This document shows positions 61,405-64,000 of a stretch of DNA of 64,000 bases, piece after piece. Both the position numbers and the translations under genes were made by a program. The stretch comes from Octopus sinensis (Eukaryota): positions 16,616,001 to 16,680,000 of the forward strand of contig NC_043012.1 in NCBI RefSeq assembly GCF_006345805.1, read 5' to 3'. Position 1 is the first letter of the stretch, and each line of letters begins with the position of its first letter. The notes below the pieces were generated by a model. It saw only the letters and a program-made list of their open reading frames with translations. It was not told the origin of the DNA and did no database searches.

Positions 61405-62953
61405 ATCTAAATAGTTGCTTGACTTGCTAGAAATAGCAGTGAAATCGCCCTAAGATCACACTTTTGAATTGTAATGGACCAATGAGAGATCATCAAAATA
61501 TTTGCTTGACTTCATAGAAACAACAGACATATTTACCTCACATCAAACTTTTCTATTCTAATGGACCAATGCTAGATCCTCCAAATAGTTGTCTGACTTG
61601 CTAGAAATAGCAGTCAAAAGTCACTCATATCACACATTTCAATTTTAATAGACCAATATCAGATCCTCTAAATAGTGTCTTGACTTGCTAGAAACACCAA
61701 TCAAATAACCCTTAGTTCACAATTTTCAATTCTAATGGACCAATGTCAGATTTTCTAAATAAGTACTTGACATGTTGGAAATATCAGTCAAATCGCCCTC
61801 ATATCACAGTTGTCAATTCTAATGGACCAATGTCATATCCCTTCAATAGTTGCTTGCCTTGCTAGAAATAGCAGTCAAATCACCCTCAGATAACACTTCT
61901 ATTCCCATGGAACAATGTCAGATTCTTTAAATATTTCATTGACTTCCTAGAAATAGCAGTCAAATCTCCCTCAAATCTTTCTCTACTTTCTAATGGACCA
62001 ATATCCAGTGACCTAAATAGTTGCATGACTTGCTAGAAATAGCAGTCAACTCTCCCTCAGATCACACTTTTCAATTGCAATGGATCAATGACAGATCATC
62101 TAAATAGTTGCTCGACTTGCTAGAAATAGCAGTGAAGCCGCCCTCAGATCTCACTTTTCTATTCTAATGCACCAATGTCATATCCTCTAAATTGTTGCTT
62201 TACTTGCTAGAAATAGCAGTCAAATCGCCTACAGATCACACTTTTCTATTGTAATGGACCAATATCAGATCTACTAAATAGTTGCTTGACTAGCTAGAAA
62301 TAGCTTTCAAATCTCCCTCAGATAACACTTTTCTATTCTAATTGACCAACGTCAGATCATCTAAATAGTTCCTTGAGTTGCTAGAAATAACATTCAAATC
62401 GCCCTCATATCAACCTTTTCTATTCTAAAGTAACAATGTCAGATCCTCTGAATTGTTGCTTAACTTGCAAAAGAAATAGCAGTCAAAAACTCCCTGAAAT
62501 CTCTCAGTATTTTCTAATGGATCAATATCAGATCCCCTAAATTGTTGCATGACATGCAAGAACTAGCAGTCAAGTCTCCCTCAGATCACATTTTCCTATT
62601 CTAATGGACCAAGGTCAGATCCTCTAAATAGTTGCTTGAGTTGCTAGAAACAGCAGTCAATCTCCCTCAGATCTCTCTCTAGTATTCTAAAGGACCAATG
62701 CCCTAAATTGTTGCTTGACTTGCAGAAATATCAGTTAAATCTCCCTCAGATCTCTCTTTACTATTGTAATGGACCAATTTTAGAACCACTAAATAGTTGC
62801 CTGACTTGCTAGAAATAGCAGTCAAATCTCCCTCAGATCTTTCTATACTACCAATGTCAGATCCCCTAAATAGTTGCTTGACTTGCTAGAAATAGCAGTC
62901 AAATCTTCCTCAGATGTCAATTTCCTATTCAAATGGAACAATGTCAGATCCTC

Positions 62954-63510
62954 CTTTGTTAGCCGCTCTCCAGCCATCTATTTAAAACTGTATACAGCTA
63001 TGGTACGACCACACTTGGAATTCGCATCATCAGTTTGGAACCCCTATCTTGCTCAGAACATTGACCTCCTGGAATCAGAGACGTGCAACCAAACGCATAC
63101 CCTCCATCAGACACCTACCATATTCTGAGCGCCTTGTTTCCCTGGGCATGGATTCACTGAAGCTCCGGCGTCTGGCGACAGACTTGGTAAACGCCCACAA
63201 AGTTGTCAACCACCTCACCAATAACAACACTGAACACCTTTTTGATCTCCATGTGTCTAACACACGTGGACATGCCTACAAAGTCAGAAAACAACACAGC
63301 TCCCATGACTTTCGGAAACATTTCTTCACGCTCAGAGTTGCTGAAGCATGGAATAAACTGCCTGCATCAGTTGTTGACTGCCATGACACTGCATCCTTTA
63401 AGGCCCTCATGCTTTCCGAAATCCGCCAAAACTACACCTGATTAAATATGCACTTTAGATGAGTTGTAGTGCACCTGAGCACTGTACACAATGTTTATTA
63501 TTATTATTAT
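62954..63510 (+). mobile_element. CR1-clade LINE 3' fragment inserted in the satellite
   Basis: LYTAMVRPHLEFASSVWNPY / RRATKRIP...TRGHAYKV...RVAEAWNKLP, (TTA)n tail; splits a monomer at gatcctc|taaatag. Confidence 0.9.
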
Positions 63511-64000
63511 TAAATAGTTGCTTGACTTGCTAGAAATAGCAGTCAAACTCCCTCCATTCATACATTTCTATTGTAATGGACCAATGCCAGATCCTCAAAA
63601 TACATTCTCGATTTAGTAGAAATAGAAGTCAAATCTCCCTCAGATCATACTTTTTTATTCTAATGGACCAATGTCAGACCCTTGAGAGTGTTGCTTGTCT
63701 TGCTAGAAATAGCAGCCAAATCTCCCTCAGATCACACTTATATATTCTATTGGACCAATGTCAGATCTTCTAAATGGTTGCCTGACTTGCTAGAAACAGC
63801 AGTCAATCTCCCTCAGATCTCTCTCTAGCATTCTGAAGGACCAATATACGATCCCCTATATAGTTGCTTGACTTGCTAGAAATAGCAGTCAAATGTCCCT
63901 CAGATAACACTTTACTATTGTAATAGACCAATTTTAGATCTTTTAAATAGTTGCTTCACTCGTTAGAAATAGCTGTCAAATCTCCTTCGGATCACACTTT

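Larger units (their letters stand above)
55690..64000. repeat. 87-bp satellite array, about 85 monomers, runs off the window
   Basis: Monomer aatggaccaatgacagatcatctaaatagttgcttgacttgctagaaaaagcattcaaatctccctcagatcacacttttcaattgt; period checked 57441 to 57528. Confidence 0.97.

Noticed and set aside
55690-64000. CRISPR array or repetitive coding sequence (87 is divisible by 3)
   Set aside because: There are no unique spacers, the context is eukaryotic, and the consensus monomer has stops in all six frames.

Overview
AT-rich, microsatellite-dense animal genomic DNA, most likely an octopus (inferred from the repeat families and the mollusc-like proteins). I reconstructed three spliced genes by hand with consistent GT-AG boundaries and phases. 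They are the last two coding exons of DSTYK (+, ends 2938), a complete 4-exon NDUFA12 (-, 27231..17906, 136 aa) and a complete 12-exon ASZ1/GASZ piRNA-pathway gene (+, 27509..53631, about 541 aa: ankyrin repeats, SAM domain, C-terminal membrane anchor). NDUFA12 and ASZ1 are head-to-head with only 277 bp between start codons. Introns and intergenic DNA are packed with mobile elements: a young 5'-truncated RTE LINE carrying a PHD finger inside its RT, about 20 copies of its 3' end, other RTE and CR1 fragments, several tRNA-headed SINE families, pogo/Tigger, hAT and piggyBac-type MITEs, a Helitron-like element and Penelope-like (GIY-YIG) remnants. The last 8.3 kb is an 87-bp satellite array with a homogeneous core. 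The most striking hidden signal is three unrelated repeat families that each fold as a minimal type I hammerhead ribozyme. The main family couples a Pol III tRNA-like head to the hammerhead inside a Penelope-type terminal repeat, often arranged as a palindrome.
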